A DNA stretch of 64,000 nucleotides from Candidatus Cloacimonadales bacterium (lineage in GTDB: Bacteria; Cloacimonadota; Cloacimonadia; Cloacimonadales; JAFGVF01), in contig OY762964.1 in assembly GCA_963667035.1 (NCBI GenBank), positions 1,280,001 through 1,344,000 on the forward strand, given 5' to 3'. Position 1 is the first letter of the stretch, and each line of letters begins with the position of its first letter. This document shows positions 48,816-58,056 of the stretch, piece by piece. The notes under the pieces were generated by a model. It searched no databases and was not told the origin of the DNA. It saw only the letters and a list, made by a program, of their open reading frames with translations. The position numbers were made by a program, and so were the translations under genes.

Positions 48816-49290
48816 GAGTTATTTTCAATTGATGTAGTATTATCAATATAAATGCAACTATAATTGAAATGATAGTGTTAATGATAACATTGAGGAAAAA
48901 TTGCCATAACATGTTTGCCGAGAATGAATCGGCTATTGATTGTATCACATAAACTGAGAAGAAATATATAACATTCAAAGTCACTATTGCAAAGATGTTA
49001 TTAAGGAATTTCTCCTTATCTATCAAATTATGCGTTTGTTTCACTATGAAAGTGAGAAGTACAAAGAGTCCTGCATTCATACCTATTGTGAAGGGCGTTG
49101 TTAGGTCTAGTGCTAATCCCAAGAAAAAAGAGATTAACAAACCGGGCATCTGGTTATTATAGATATTCAAATAGATTAAATACCCAATGACCAGATTAGG
49201 CAGTAAGCCTAGGGCATCTATTGGAGAAAATACAAAGACTTGTATATAGAGAATAATTATTGCAAATATTATGCTTCTAATTAGCTTCAT
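48796..49290 (-). CDS. mreD: Rod shape-determining protein MreD
   Basis: Multi-TM; FFLGLALD; operon position. Confidence 0.85.
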   Translation of the reverse strand: MKLIRSIIFAIIILYIQVFVFSPIDALGLLPNLVIGYLIYLNIYNNQMPGLLISFFLGLALDLTTPFTIGMNAGLFVLLTFIVKQTHNLIDKEKFLNNIFAIVTLNVIYFFSVYVIQSIADSFSANMLWQFFLNVIINTIISIIVAFILIILHQLKITLDETVS

Positions 49291-49972
49291 GAACTTTACG
49301 AACTATACATAGTGGGGTCATTTCGTCACCCTGTCCTTGAGGATTATCCTTCATAACAGCTTCTATCATTTTTTTATCTATTCCGTTAGTAAATCCTATC
49401 GCCCAACTTCCACCTATATCATTAATATCCATTACCGCCATATCATAACCGAATTCATCTTTTACTTTCCGGGCTTCTTTTCGTGGATTCAAAGGACCTT
49501 TAATAACACATTCAGTATAAGGTTCTACAGGTGAGGTTGAAGCAGCATCTATCAGTCCCGCTTGCATACCGGCTACTCTATAAAAATCTCCTTTTCTTCC
49601 AAACAGCTTACTGATAGCTCCAACAAAAGCTGCAAATAGTATCCTACACGTACCGCATTCATCTATGGCACATTGCATACTGTATGGTGATCTAAGACCT
49701 ATCCCGTAAGGAACCTTTGCTACAAACTTCCATAAGTGTCTTGCCACAAATCCGACTTTTATCTTATCTACAGGTATTGCTCTACCTTGCATTATTGCTA
49801 ATGGACTTTCACTGATAGTTAGTAAATCCCCTTCTTCAAGATGAGGTAAGGCATATTCCCTAACAATCTCGATAATATTATCGGTAGGTTCCAAGACCTT
49901 TGTTTTGATAGGGATTCTCAGGTATCTATTTCCAAGGTACTCTATTTCAGGTTTATTCTCTCTCATCTTCAT
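49277..49972 (-). CDS. CofE-like (F420-0:gamma-glutamyl ligase family) protein
   Basis: PIKTKVL...GDLLTISES..AIMQGR, GDFYRVAG...ID, DINDIG and DNPQGQGDEMTP motifs. Confidence 0.75.
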   Translation of the reverse strand: MKMRENKPEIEYLGNRYLRIPIKTKVLEPTDNIIEIVREYALPHLEEGDLLTISESPLAIMQGRAIPVDKIKVGFVARHLWKFVAKVPYGIGLRSPYSMQCAIDECGTCRILFAAFVGAISKLFGRKGDFYRVAGMQAGLIDAASTSPVEPYTECVIKGPLNPRKEARKVKDEFGYDMAVMDINDIGGSWAIGFTNGIDKKMIEAVMKDNPQGQGDEMTPLCIVRKVHEAN

Positions 49973-50732
49973 TTCCTTTAAAGTTCTTTAAAATGTACAC
50001 TGTTTTCAAGTTATCAATGATATTAAATGGTTCAACCTCTGCTGACAAATAGAGGTTATCTTTCGAATCGGTTATGCTCTTAATCACACCTACCGGATAA
50101 TACTTAGGGAAGTGCTTTGAAAGATTAGACACCACCACAGTATCCGCAACACTAATAGGTGAACCGGTCTTAACATAATTCATATACTGCACACCTAAAA
50201 GATTGGTTTCTATCACACCTTGAACACTATTGTGATTTAGTTTAACCGGAAGTTTAAATCTAAAATTAGATATTGGCAGTATCGTTGATTGAAATGCCGA
50301 GACCGTAGCAATCTTACCGACAATACCGACAGAAGTTACAACGGGATCTCCCTCTTTTATCCCTTCAAAGAAACCTTTATCAATAATCAGGGAGCGTTCG
50401 GAATAATTACCGGTATATCCTGATACATCGGCAATCACAGTTTGAGGATTATCTTCTGCATTCTCTTCGTCAAAAGGTTGTCCACTTATCTTTTGATATA
50501 AATCTCTGAATTTCAACACTTCAAGCATAAGCTTGGAGTTACGTATCTTTAACTCTCTATTCTCCGAAATCAATTCGACATTCTTTTTATAAGAATGTAT
50601 GCTGTTAACAAAGGGTAAAAATATAGTCTTAGATAAGAATTCTGCCTTTCTTAATCTTTGCTCCGGACGTCCTACAAAGAATATGAAAGAGATAATAAGC
50701 AGTAGTATAAATATGAATTTATCACGCGACAC
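49953..50732 (-). CDS. mreC: Rod shape-determining protein MreC
   Basis: TM plus coiled coil (LISENRELK); IIDKG..GI..GDPVV...GIVGKI; FP..YPVG. Confidence 0.92.
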   Translation of the reverse strand: MSRDKFIFILLLIISFIFFVGRPEQRLRKAEFLSKTIFLPFVNSIHSYKKNVELISENRELKIRNSKLMLEVLKFRDLYQKISGQPFDEENAEDNPQTVIADVSGYTGNYSERSLIIDKGFFEGIKEGDPVVTSVGIVGKIATVSAFQSTILPISNFRFKLPVKLNHNSVQGVIETNLLGVQYMNYVKTGSPISVADTVVVSNLSKHFPKYYPVGVIKSITDSKDNLYLSAEVEPFNIIDNLKTVYILKNFKGNEDERE

Positions 50733-50735
50733 AGC

Positions 50736-51773
50736 TTAATCTTCAATCTTCTTAATTAGAACATCATTATAGCGTTCAATTTCATCAAGAATCTGTCCGG
50801 AACCTTTTGCAACGCATGTTAATGGATCAGGAACAACATGAACAGGTAAGTCTACCGCTTTCATAATTCGCTTATCCAGTCCCTTTAAAAGAGCTCCTCC
50901 ACCAGTTAGGAAGATACCTCTTTCTGCTATATCTGCGGCTAATTCCGGTTCAGTATGTTCAAACAATTTCTTGATTGCATCTATCATTAAACCAACTGTT
51001 TCAGTCATCGCTTCCCTAATCTCTTCAGAAGAGATTTCTATAGTCACCGGATAGCCGGATACAACATTACGACCTCTAACTTCCATTGTAAGCTCTTCAT
51101 CAAGCGGGAACGCAGAACCGATTTTCTTTTTTATCTTTTCTGCTGTGAGAATACCTACAAATATACCATTCTTTTTTCTCAGGTAATTAACAATATCATT
51201 ATCAAGCTTGTCTCCACCAATTCTTATCGAGTTGTGAACAACTATATGAGATAATGACATAACTGCTATTTCACTGGTTCCGCCACCGATATCCATAATC
51301 ATGTTACCGCATGGTTTATCGATTGGGAGTTTCGCTCCAATAGCAGCAGCAATTGGCTCCGACACCAAATGTACTTCTCTTGCCCCGGCGTGAAGAGCAC
51401 TGTCCCTTACTGCACGTTTCTCCACTTCTGTAATTCCTGAAGGCACACACACAATTACTCTAGGTCTCAAAAGCAAACGCTTTTTTTGAGCTCTGAGAAT
51501 AAGGTTTCTTAGCATCATTTCCGTAACTTGGAAATCAGCAATAACACCGTCTTTTAAAGGTTTTATTACTCTCACTTCAGCGGGATTCTTTCCAAGCATT
51601 AATTTTGCTTCTGCTCCAATTGCAATAATCTTGCGATTGTCGGCAGTTAATGCTACTACAGAAGGTTCATTGATTACAACACCCATACTTTTTTTGTATA
51701 CCAAGGTGTTAGCAGTTCCTAAATCTATTGCTATATCGTTTGCAAAAAGCCCGAAGTATTTCAATAAGTTCAT
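50736..51773 (-). CDS. mreB: Rod shape-determining protein MreB
   Basis: IDLGTANT, PLKDGVIADF, DIGGGTSE and LTGGGALL motifs. Confidence 0.97.
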   Translation of the reverse strand: MNLLKYFGLFANDIAIDLGTANTLVYKKSMGVVINEPSVVALTADNRKIIAIGAEAKLMLGKNPAEVRVIKPLKDGVIADFQVTEMMLRNLILRAQKKRLLLRPRVIVCVPSGITEVEKRAVRDSALHAGAREVHLVSEPIAAAIGAKLPIDKPCGNMIMDIGGGTSEIAVMSLSHIVVHNSIRIGGDKLDNDIVNYLRKKNGIFVGILTAEKIKKKIGSAFPLDEELTMEVRGRNVVSGYPVTIEISSEEIREAMTETVGLMIDAIKKLFEHTEPELAADIAERGIFLTGGGALLKGLDKRIMKAVDLPVHVVPDPLTCVAKGSGQILDEIERYNDVLIKKIED

Positions 51774-51990
51774 TTTAGCTCCATGTGACTAAACTTTAAT
51801 TAAACTTTCCACATATTCTCAGATGATGTCAAGGATAAAGATAACTGATTTAAGATTTTGTTCTTGAATCATTGTTGTGAATAATTGTCATCTAATTATG
51901 AACATGTTAACATTTATGTTATATATGATCCTATATCTGCAACATGATTGTATCATACTTTCTATATTTTCATTATACTCCGTATTCAAC

Positions 51991-52090
51991 TAACGCACTG
52001 CGTTTGCACTGTGTAAGCACTATAAAGGCACTGCCAACGCACTGTTTCACCGGGTTCACAGTGCGTACACAGTGGAAAAACAGTGGGTAA
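51991..52090. repeat. 11-bp phased array with an inverted second half
   Basis: GCACT at 51995, 52006, 52017, 52028 and 52039; CAGTG at 52059, 52070 and 52081. Confidence 0.8.
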
Positions 52091-52544
52091 ATTGCGTTTT
52101 GATAGATAGTCTGAAGATTGTGAGTAAAAAATACTGAGATAATACATAAACAGACATATTTGTAAGAAGATTTTTACAAGATTGGTCATCAGACCTTGTG
52201 GAGAATAGTTGTGTAAATACATATCACTCACGGATTAACGTTATAAACGAATAAATGAATTAATTGCTTTAAAAAGCTTAAAAACTTTGATTTACGGCAA
52301 ATCAGTTTATGCACTTTTCGGAATACTCTCATTATCATAAAGAATAAGAATTTATGTTTCTTAGGCTTCCTATTCCCCCATGTCACTACATATTAGATGA
52401 TTATAGATAACTCTACGATTCCCTGTTAGTTTCTCAATTAGCGTAACAAGAAGTTAGCGTCTACAAGTTAGAGCTTAATAAACTTGACTCATTTTGAGTA
52501 GTATATATTTTTCATACTAATAACACATTGATACGGAGGAAATA

Positions 52545-53867
52545 ATGAAAAGAGTTCTTTTAATCATTATTGCTATTACGGGTTGTCTATATGCTATGGA
52601 GCAAGTTGTGGTTTACAATAACGATTTGGCGTTGATAAAAAAAGAAATCACAATTGAAAACTTATCAAAAGGAATTAATGATTTTTCTTATGATGATATA
52701 ACATCAAGAATAAATCCAAAATCAGTAATATTCATGCCCAAAAAAGGAAGTGTTTCAATTATTGAGCAGAATTATGAATATGATTTGGGTAATACTGATT
52801 CAATTCTAAAAAAGTATATGGGAAAAACCATAAAAGTGGAAACCATTAAAGGAAACAAATTTGAAGGAGAACTTCAATTCAATGACGGAATTTCTATTGG
52901 ATTAAAAAGTGAAGACGGTACAATATCTCTGGTAGGCATAAAAGAGATAGAGAATATCAGTTTAGTAAAAATGCCTGAGAATTTTTATTTAAAGCCTACT
53001 CTCAAATGGAAACTTGAATCAAACAATCAACAGACGGTTAAAGTCGATATTAGTTATCTAACAGGTGGATTCTCCTGGGAAGCTGTTTACAATATGGTTT
53101 GGGATGATGAAAAACTCAGAATTAATTCTTGGATCAGCATGGATAACAACAGCGGCAAAGCACTGGAAAATGTGAAACTGAAGTTAATTGCCGGAGATAT
53201 AAATTTGATTGAAAAAGATGAAGTAAGGTTTGAGAGGTATGCAAAATCAAATTTACTTGTAACTAGCAGTGGAATACCTATAGAACAAGATTTTCATGAT
53301 TATCACATGTATACTGTAACAAATCCTGTTAATATAAAAAATAATCAATCAAAACAATTGCAACTTTATGAGACAAAAGAAGTAAATGCAAAACAAGTAT
53401 ATAAGTATAATTCATACAGTAGTTACGTAACCGGATACCTGAAGTTTAAAAACAGTAAAAAAGACGGACTTGGAATACCCCTTCCGGGTGGCAATGTAAT
53501 GGTTTATATGGAGGATAAAACTGATAATGAAATGGCTCTAATTGGTGAAACAGCAATCTCGCATACTCCCATTAATGAAGAGGTTGAGTTGGAAACAGGA
53601 AAAGCATTTGATTTGAAAGCAGAGACAATTGAAGTTAATAAACACTCAAGGGGACTAGCTAAATATCAGAGAGATATGAAGATCACACTTAAGAACAGAT
53701 CAAAATATAAGAAGACAATTGAAGTATTGCACAATTTCGATCACCAAGCTTTTATTAAATCTTCAAATCATGACTTCAAAGAAGTTAGTGCAGGTAAAAT
53801 ATCTTTTTCAATAGAATTAGAACCTAATCAAGTAAAGGATATTACTTTTACAGAGATTAGAGATTAA
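52545..53867 (+). CDS. DUF4139-family exported protein
   Basis: VYNNDLALIK, EQNYEYDL, PTLKW, SYLTGGFSWEAVY, GLGIPLPGG and GKAFD motifs. Confidence 0.82.
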   Translation: MKRVLLIIIAITGCLYAMEQVVVYNNDLALIKKEITIENLSKGINDFSYDDITSRINPKSVIFMPKKGSVSIIEQNYEYDLGNTDSILKKYMGKTIKVETIKGNKFEGELQFNDGISIGLKSEDGTISLVGIKEIENISLVKMPENFYLKPTLKWKLESNNQQTVKVDISYLTGGFSWEAVYNMVWDDEKLRINSWISMDNNSGKALENVKLKLIAGDINLIEKDEVRFERYAKSNLLVTSSGIPIEQDFHDYHMYTVTNPVNIKNNQSKQLQLYETKEVNAKQVYKYNSYSSYVTGYLKFKNSKKDGLGIPLPGGNVMVYMEDKTDNEMALIGETAISHTPINEEVELETGKAFDLKAETIEVNKHSRGLAKYQRDMKITLKNRSKYKKTIEVLHNFDHQAFIKSSNHDFKEVSAGKISFSIELEPNQVKDITFTEIRD

Positions 53868-53878
53868 TTATCAATATG

Positions 53879-53920
53879 GTGAAAAGAGTCTCGAAGTGAA
53901 AACATCGAGACTCTTTTCAC
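53879..53920. terminator. Long hairpin, probable terminator
   Basis: GTGAAAAGAGTCTCGA/TCGAGACTCTTTTCAC 16-bp stem. Confidence 0.7.
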
Positions 53921-54110
53921 TAATAACTACCGCTATTGTTGAATATTTGCCAATCTTCACAAAAGCATGATGTACTAGTTTCCAATTCGTTAAGTTGACT
54001 AAATAATTTGCTATACTAGTCTATTGTGTTATTATTTGCTTGACAGTACTTTAGAAGATATATTATTTTGGAATTAGAATTCATAAGCTTTATTTTGGAG
54101 GTAAATAAAT

Positions 54111-55355
54111 ATGAAACGATTAATATTAATATTGTTTGTTGCATTATTGCTTGTAGCCTGTCAGGATGATACAACAAGTTCTAATAACGGAGGCTTTACT
54201 CCAAAAGAATTTGTTACCCTTGATGTTGATCCTGATTTCAATTGGAGCAACACTAAATTCTTCACACTTGATATTCAAGGTGAAGAACAACTTCTAAATG
54301 GTAAAAAAGTCAATCTTGAATTTGACACACATATTCTTTCAAGTGCTATTGTTGAAAATGGTATGCATGAATTTACATTAGAGATTCCCAGTGAATTGAA
54401 CTCTGTTTATGTTGTTTGTAATGAAATTGGATTCAAACAAGCAATATCAACATCTACTAATGACCAAATAGTGAATCTTACCGGATCGGTTCAGGAGAAA
54501 GCAGTGAAAATCGATACTGATGGTGATGGTGTGGATGACTCAATTGACGACTTCCCTTCCGATCCTGAGAAAGCTATCAGAATTAGAATACCCGCAGTTG
54601 ATGAAAACTACTGGGTCTTTGAAGACTTGTGGCCTGATAAAGGTGATTATGACTTTAACGATCTGGTCATTCGTGAATATGTAGAATTTCATCTAAATGC
54701 ACATAATGAGTATGTCGGTGGATTTGCAAAACTTTGGATGAATGCTATTGGAGCTAACTTTCACAACAGCATATTCCTACACTTTATGGAAGCAAGTGTT
54801 GCAGGTGGTCAGACTGTCTACAGTGAATTAGCTGCTCCTGATTTTGTTGAAAGTATTCAAACACAGTTATCAAATATAAGAATAGATGAGTATACTCCAA
54901 ACACAATAGGAGCTTGGTATGACATCGAGTGGGAAGAATTCGGTTACCAAAACAATGGTATTGGCCCTTCTGGGTATCCTCATTCTAGAGAATTCATATT
55001 TGCATTTAATCCAACAGCTACTCAGCCTACTAATTTGACATTTGAGTGGTACATCTCTGCAGGTAACGAAAGACAAAAAGAAGTACATCATCCTTTGTTT
55101 GCACCAACAGCTATTGCAAATCCTATCTACTTTAATACAGGAGATGATGCTACAGATATTCCAAACCAATTCTTTTACAAAACAGCTCTGAATCATCCTT
55201 GGGTTGTTAAGATTTATGGATATTTCCATAATCCTTTAGAATTTGTTCAGATAACAGAAGCATATCCTCATTTCCAAGATTGGGCAGAATCAGATGGTGC
55301 ATTATATCCGGATTGGTACAATACTTACCTGCCAGAAAAAGTATTCAACCAATAA
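54111..55355 (+). CDS. LruC/DUF4842-domain lipoprotein
   Basis: Lipobox LVAC; DTDGDGVDD...DDFP; FEDLWP.KGDYDFNDLV; EVH; AYPHF..W. Confidence 0.85.
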   Translation: MKRLILILFVALLLVACQDDTTSSNNGGFTPKEFVTLDVDPDFNWSNTKFFTLDIQGEEQLLNGKKVNLEFDTHILSSAIVENGMHEFTLEIPSELNSVYVVCNEIGFKQAISTSTNDQIVNLTGSVQEKAVKIDTDGDGVDDSIDDFPSDPEKAIRIRIPAVDENYWVFEDLWPDKGDYDFNDLVIREYVEFHLNAHNEYVGGFAKLWMNAIGANFHNSIFLHFMEASVAGGQTVYSELAAPDFVESIQTQLSNIRIDEYTPNTIGAWYDIEWEEFGYQNNGIGPSGYPHSREFIFAFNPTATQPTNLTFEWYISAGNERQKEVHHPLFAPTAIANPIYFNTGDDATDIPNQFFYKTALNHPWVVKIYGYFHNPLEFVQITEAYPHFQDWAESDGALYPDWYNTYLPEKVFNQ

Positions 55356-55387
55356 TCGGCTAAATAGTTCATTTAGTTACACATAAT

Positions 55388-55426
55388 AAAAAAGAGTCTG
55401 TTGACAATGTCAGCAGACTCTTTTTT
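55388..55426 (+). terminator. Intrinsic terminator
   Basis: AAAAAAGAGTCTGTTGACA/TGTCAGCAGACTCTTTTTT. Confidence 0.8.
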
Positions 55427-55623
55427 CATGTTAAGTTAATTAAAATCTGGGTTACTCATCTTTTTACAATATATTTACTATGTTAGTTAAGTGTATGTAA
55501 TAATATTGTTAATATGCTCATCATAATTGACAGAAGCAGTAAATATTAATCTTTTATGCAGGATTCCGAGTGTGTATTTGTCAGATAGCTTATAGAGTAA
55601 ATTATAATAGTGTGAGGTAAATA

Positions 55624-56955
55624 ATGCGTAAATATTTATGCCTATTAACAGTATTGATACTAATGACATTTAGTATCCAAGCAAAACAACTTTCATTAGA
55701 TAGTGCAAAAGAGATAGCTCTTAAAAACAATCCGGGATATAAAGCTCAGGAAGAGGGTTTCAAATCATCCGTATGGAGTTATAAGAATTCAATAATCTCT
55801 TTATTCCCATCAGGTTCGGCAAGTGCTTCATATTCGCAGACTGATAGTGAGAATACAGGACTAAACTCTAACTATGCTGAGAATGGTTCTTATGGGGTAA
55901 GCTTAAGCCAGCCAATATTTATGGGAGGAAGACTCATTAATGCTGCTCTTATTGCTAAAACCAGTAAGAACATAAGTAAATTGAATTTATCAGAAAAAGA
56001 GCTGGAGATTCTAAATACTACAGAAAGTAAGTTTTTTGCATTAATAGAAGCAAAACAGTTACTTGAAATTGCTAATGATGAGTTAACGGTTGCAAATCAG
56101 AGGGTTATTGATTCAAATACAAGATTTCAACAAGGAACAATTTCAAAAGCTGATCTGCTTCAAGTACAGGCTGATGCGGCTAACAAAAATGTGATTCTTA
56201 TTCAAGCCCAACTTGCTTATGATGTAAGCTATAAAGATTTAAAAAACTACCTGCTTATAACGGAAGACTTTGAAGTCATTGAAGAAAATGAAGATTCATT
56301 TGATGCCGAGATATCAGGACTAAACTCCTTGAATGCATCAGCAATGGACGTAGTAATTAACAGAATGATTGACTATAGTAATGAGAATAGTAATTCAATG
56401 AAAGCCCTGAAACTTTCAACGTCCATCGCTAAAAGAAATGTTAATAATGCAATTGGAAGCTTTATGCCTAATGTTAATCTGAGTTATTCTTACAATAATT
56501 CCGGTGATGCCAGAGAGGATTGGAGCAATTATCCTTGGAGATCTTCTATCTCACTCAATGCTTCAATACCTATCTTCCCTTTAGTAGATTCATATTCTGA
56601 TGTTGCTAAAGCTAAAGCTGACCTTCGCCAAACTGAATATCAGTATATAGATAGTGTTAACAATAATTCGTTAGGAGTTGAATCTTCCTTACTTAATCTA
56701 ATTAGTGCTGCTAGGAAATATCAAGCCTCACAGTTAAGTCTTGAGTATTCGGAAGAAACATATAAGCAGATGCAAGCACGATATGATAACGGACTTCTTT
56801 CCGGAACCGATTTATTGGATTCCGAAGTAATGTACAAGAGTGCAAGAATGAACAAAGTAAGCAGTAAATTTGATTATCTCGAAGCTCGCTCAGCGTTAAA
56901 GAAACTACTTGGGCTTAAGGATGATCAGGACATAATTTCAATGATAATAGAATAG
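55624..56955 (+). CDS. TolC-family outer-membrane efflux protein
   Basis: Signal peptide; ALKNNP; SLSQPIFMGG; RFQQG/RYDNG repeats. Confidence 0.9.
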   Translation: MRKYLCLLTVLILMTFSIQAKQLSLDSAKEIALKNNPGYKAQEEGFKSSVWSYKNSIISLFPSGSASASYSQTDSENTGLNSNYAENGSYGVSLSQPIFMGGRLINAALIAKTSKNISKLNLSEKELEILNTTESKFFALIEAKQLLEIANDELTVANQRVIDSNTRFQQGTISKADLLQVQADAANKNVILIQAQLAYDVSYKDLKNYLLITEDFEVIEENEDSFDAEISGLNSLNASAMDVVINRMIDYSNENSNSMKALKLSTSIAKRNVNNAIGSFMPNVNLSYSYNNSGDAREDWSNYPWRSSISLNASIPIFPLVDSYSDVAKAKADLRQTEYQYIDSVNNNSLGVESSLLNLISAARKYQASQLSLEYSEETYKQMQARYDNGLLSGTDLLDSEVMYKSARMNKVSSKFDYLEARSALKKLLGLKDDQDIISMIIE

Positions 56956-56960
56956 AGGTA

Positions 56961-58052
56961 ATGATGAAAAGGATGTTGAGTTTAGGTATAGTATTGCTAC
57001 TATTTCTTGGATGTGGTAAACCTTCGACCGAAAGTCGAGGAATGGGTCGTGCCGGAGCAGGAGATACAATTATTAAATCCCCTGTGATGGTGAGAGATAT
57101 TAAAAATGATAGTTTGAATGAGTATGTCACAGTTAGTGGCACTCTTTCAGGTATAACTGATGTTACAATAATTGGCGAAACATCAGGGACCATATTGGAG
57201 ATATATAAGAATTTAGGTGATTATGTTGAGAAAGGTGAAGAAATCGCTAAACTTGATAACGATAATATCAGAATTCAGTTTGAGCAAGCACAAGCTAATT
57301 TGTTAGCTACCGAAGCATCCCTTGCTTCTGTCAATTCGTCATTTAATGCTTCGGAGAGTCTCTACAAAGACGGAAGTATCTCTAAAATGGAATATGATAA
57401 TGCTTACGCTTCATTAAAACAAGCTCAAGCAGCACTTGCCGGAGCACAAGCTAGTCTAGAATCTGCTAAGCTCAGTTTTGAAAAATCAAGATTAACAGCT
57501 CCGGTTAATGGTTATATTGCTTCAACAGAATTAGAAATTGGCAATACCGTATCCCAAGGAACTGCTCTTTTAACAATTGTCGATTATTCAAAACTCAAAC
57601 TCAAAACAGGTGTAAATGAATCAGAGTTATTCCTTATAAAAAAAGGACAGAAAGTTACTATAAAATCAGAATTAAACAGTTTAGAATTAGTTGGTAAAAT
57701 TGCAGGTATTGGAATGAAACCAATCAATGCCAGCTCTACGTATCCAATAGAAATAATAGCTGACAACTCTAAAGGTAAACTAGCTCCCGGTATGGTTGTA
57801 ACCGGTAAGATTTTGGCACATACATTCAAAAATGTTGTTTATGCCTCTCTTAATCATGTACTTGATGATTATGGTCAGAAGTATGTATATGTAATAGATT
57901 CAGAAAACAAAGCTGAGAAAAGAGTTGTTGAGTTAGGAACTATTGTTGATGAACAAGTGATTATTAAGTCCGGTCTCAAGGAAGGTGACCGCTTAGTTAC
58001 CGAAGGCATGGAGATGTTGAATGAAGGTTCTATTGTAGAGGTTAAAGGATAA
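56961..58052 (+). CDS. RND periplasmic adaptor (MFP) lipoprotein
   Basis: Lipobox FLGC; GDYVEKG, LTAPVNG, LAPGM and GLKEGD motifs. Confidence 0.92.
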   Translation: MMKRMLSLGIVLLLFLGCGKPSTESRGMGRAGAGDTIIKSPVMVRDIKNDSLNEYVTVSGTLSGITDVTIIGETSGTILEIYKNLGDYVEKGEEIAKLDNDNIRIQFEQAQANLLATEASLASVNSSFNASESLYKDGSISKMEYDNAYASLKQAQAALAGAQASLESAKLSFEKSRLTAPVNGYIASTELEIGNTVSQGTALLTIVDYSKLKLKTGVNESELFLIKKGQKVTIKSELNSLELVGKIAGIGMKPINASSTYPIEIIADNSKGKLAPGMVVTGKILAHTFKNVVYASLNHVLDDYGQKYVYVIDSENKAEKRVVELGTIVDEQVIIKSGLKEGDRLVTEGMEMLNEGSIVEVKG

Positions 58053-58056
58053 AGTT

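Noticed and set aside
51991..52090. CRISPR array interpretation
   Set aside because: The unit is 11 bp with a 5-6 bp core, there are no 25-45 bp repeats or spacers, and no cas genes.
52160..52179. TTGTAA-N8-TTACAA palindrome (TyrR-box-like)
   Set aside because: A single AT-rich palindrome with no regulator to assign; plausible by chance.
51986..52231. 81-aa ORF over the phased repeat
   Set aside because: An 11-bp period is not codon-compatible and there is no SD; the feature is DNA-level.
55394..55420. GTCTGTTGACAA resembling the IS1182 IR
   Set aside because: A short match fully explained as a terminator stem; no second IR or transposase remnant.
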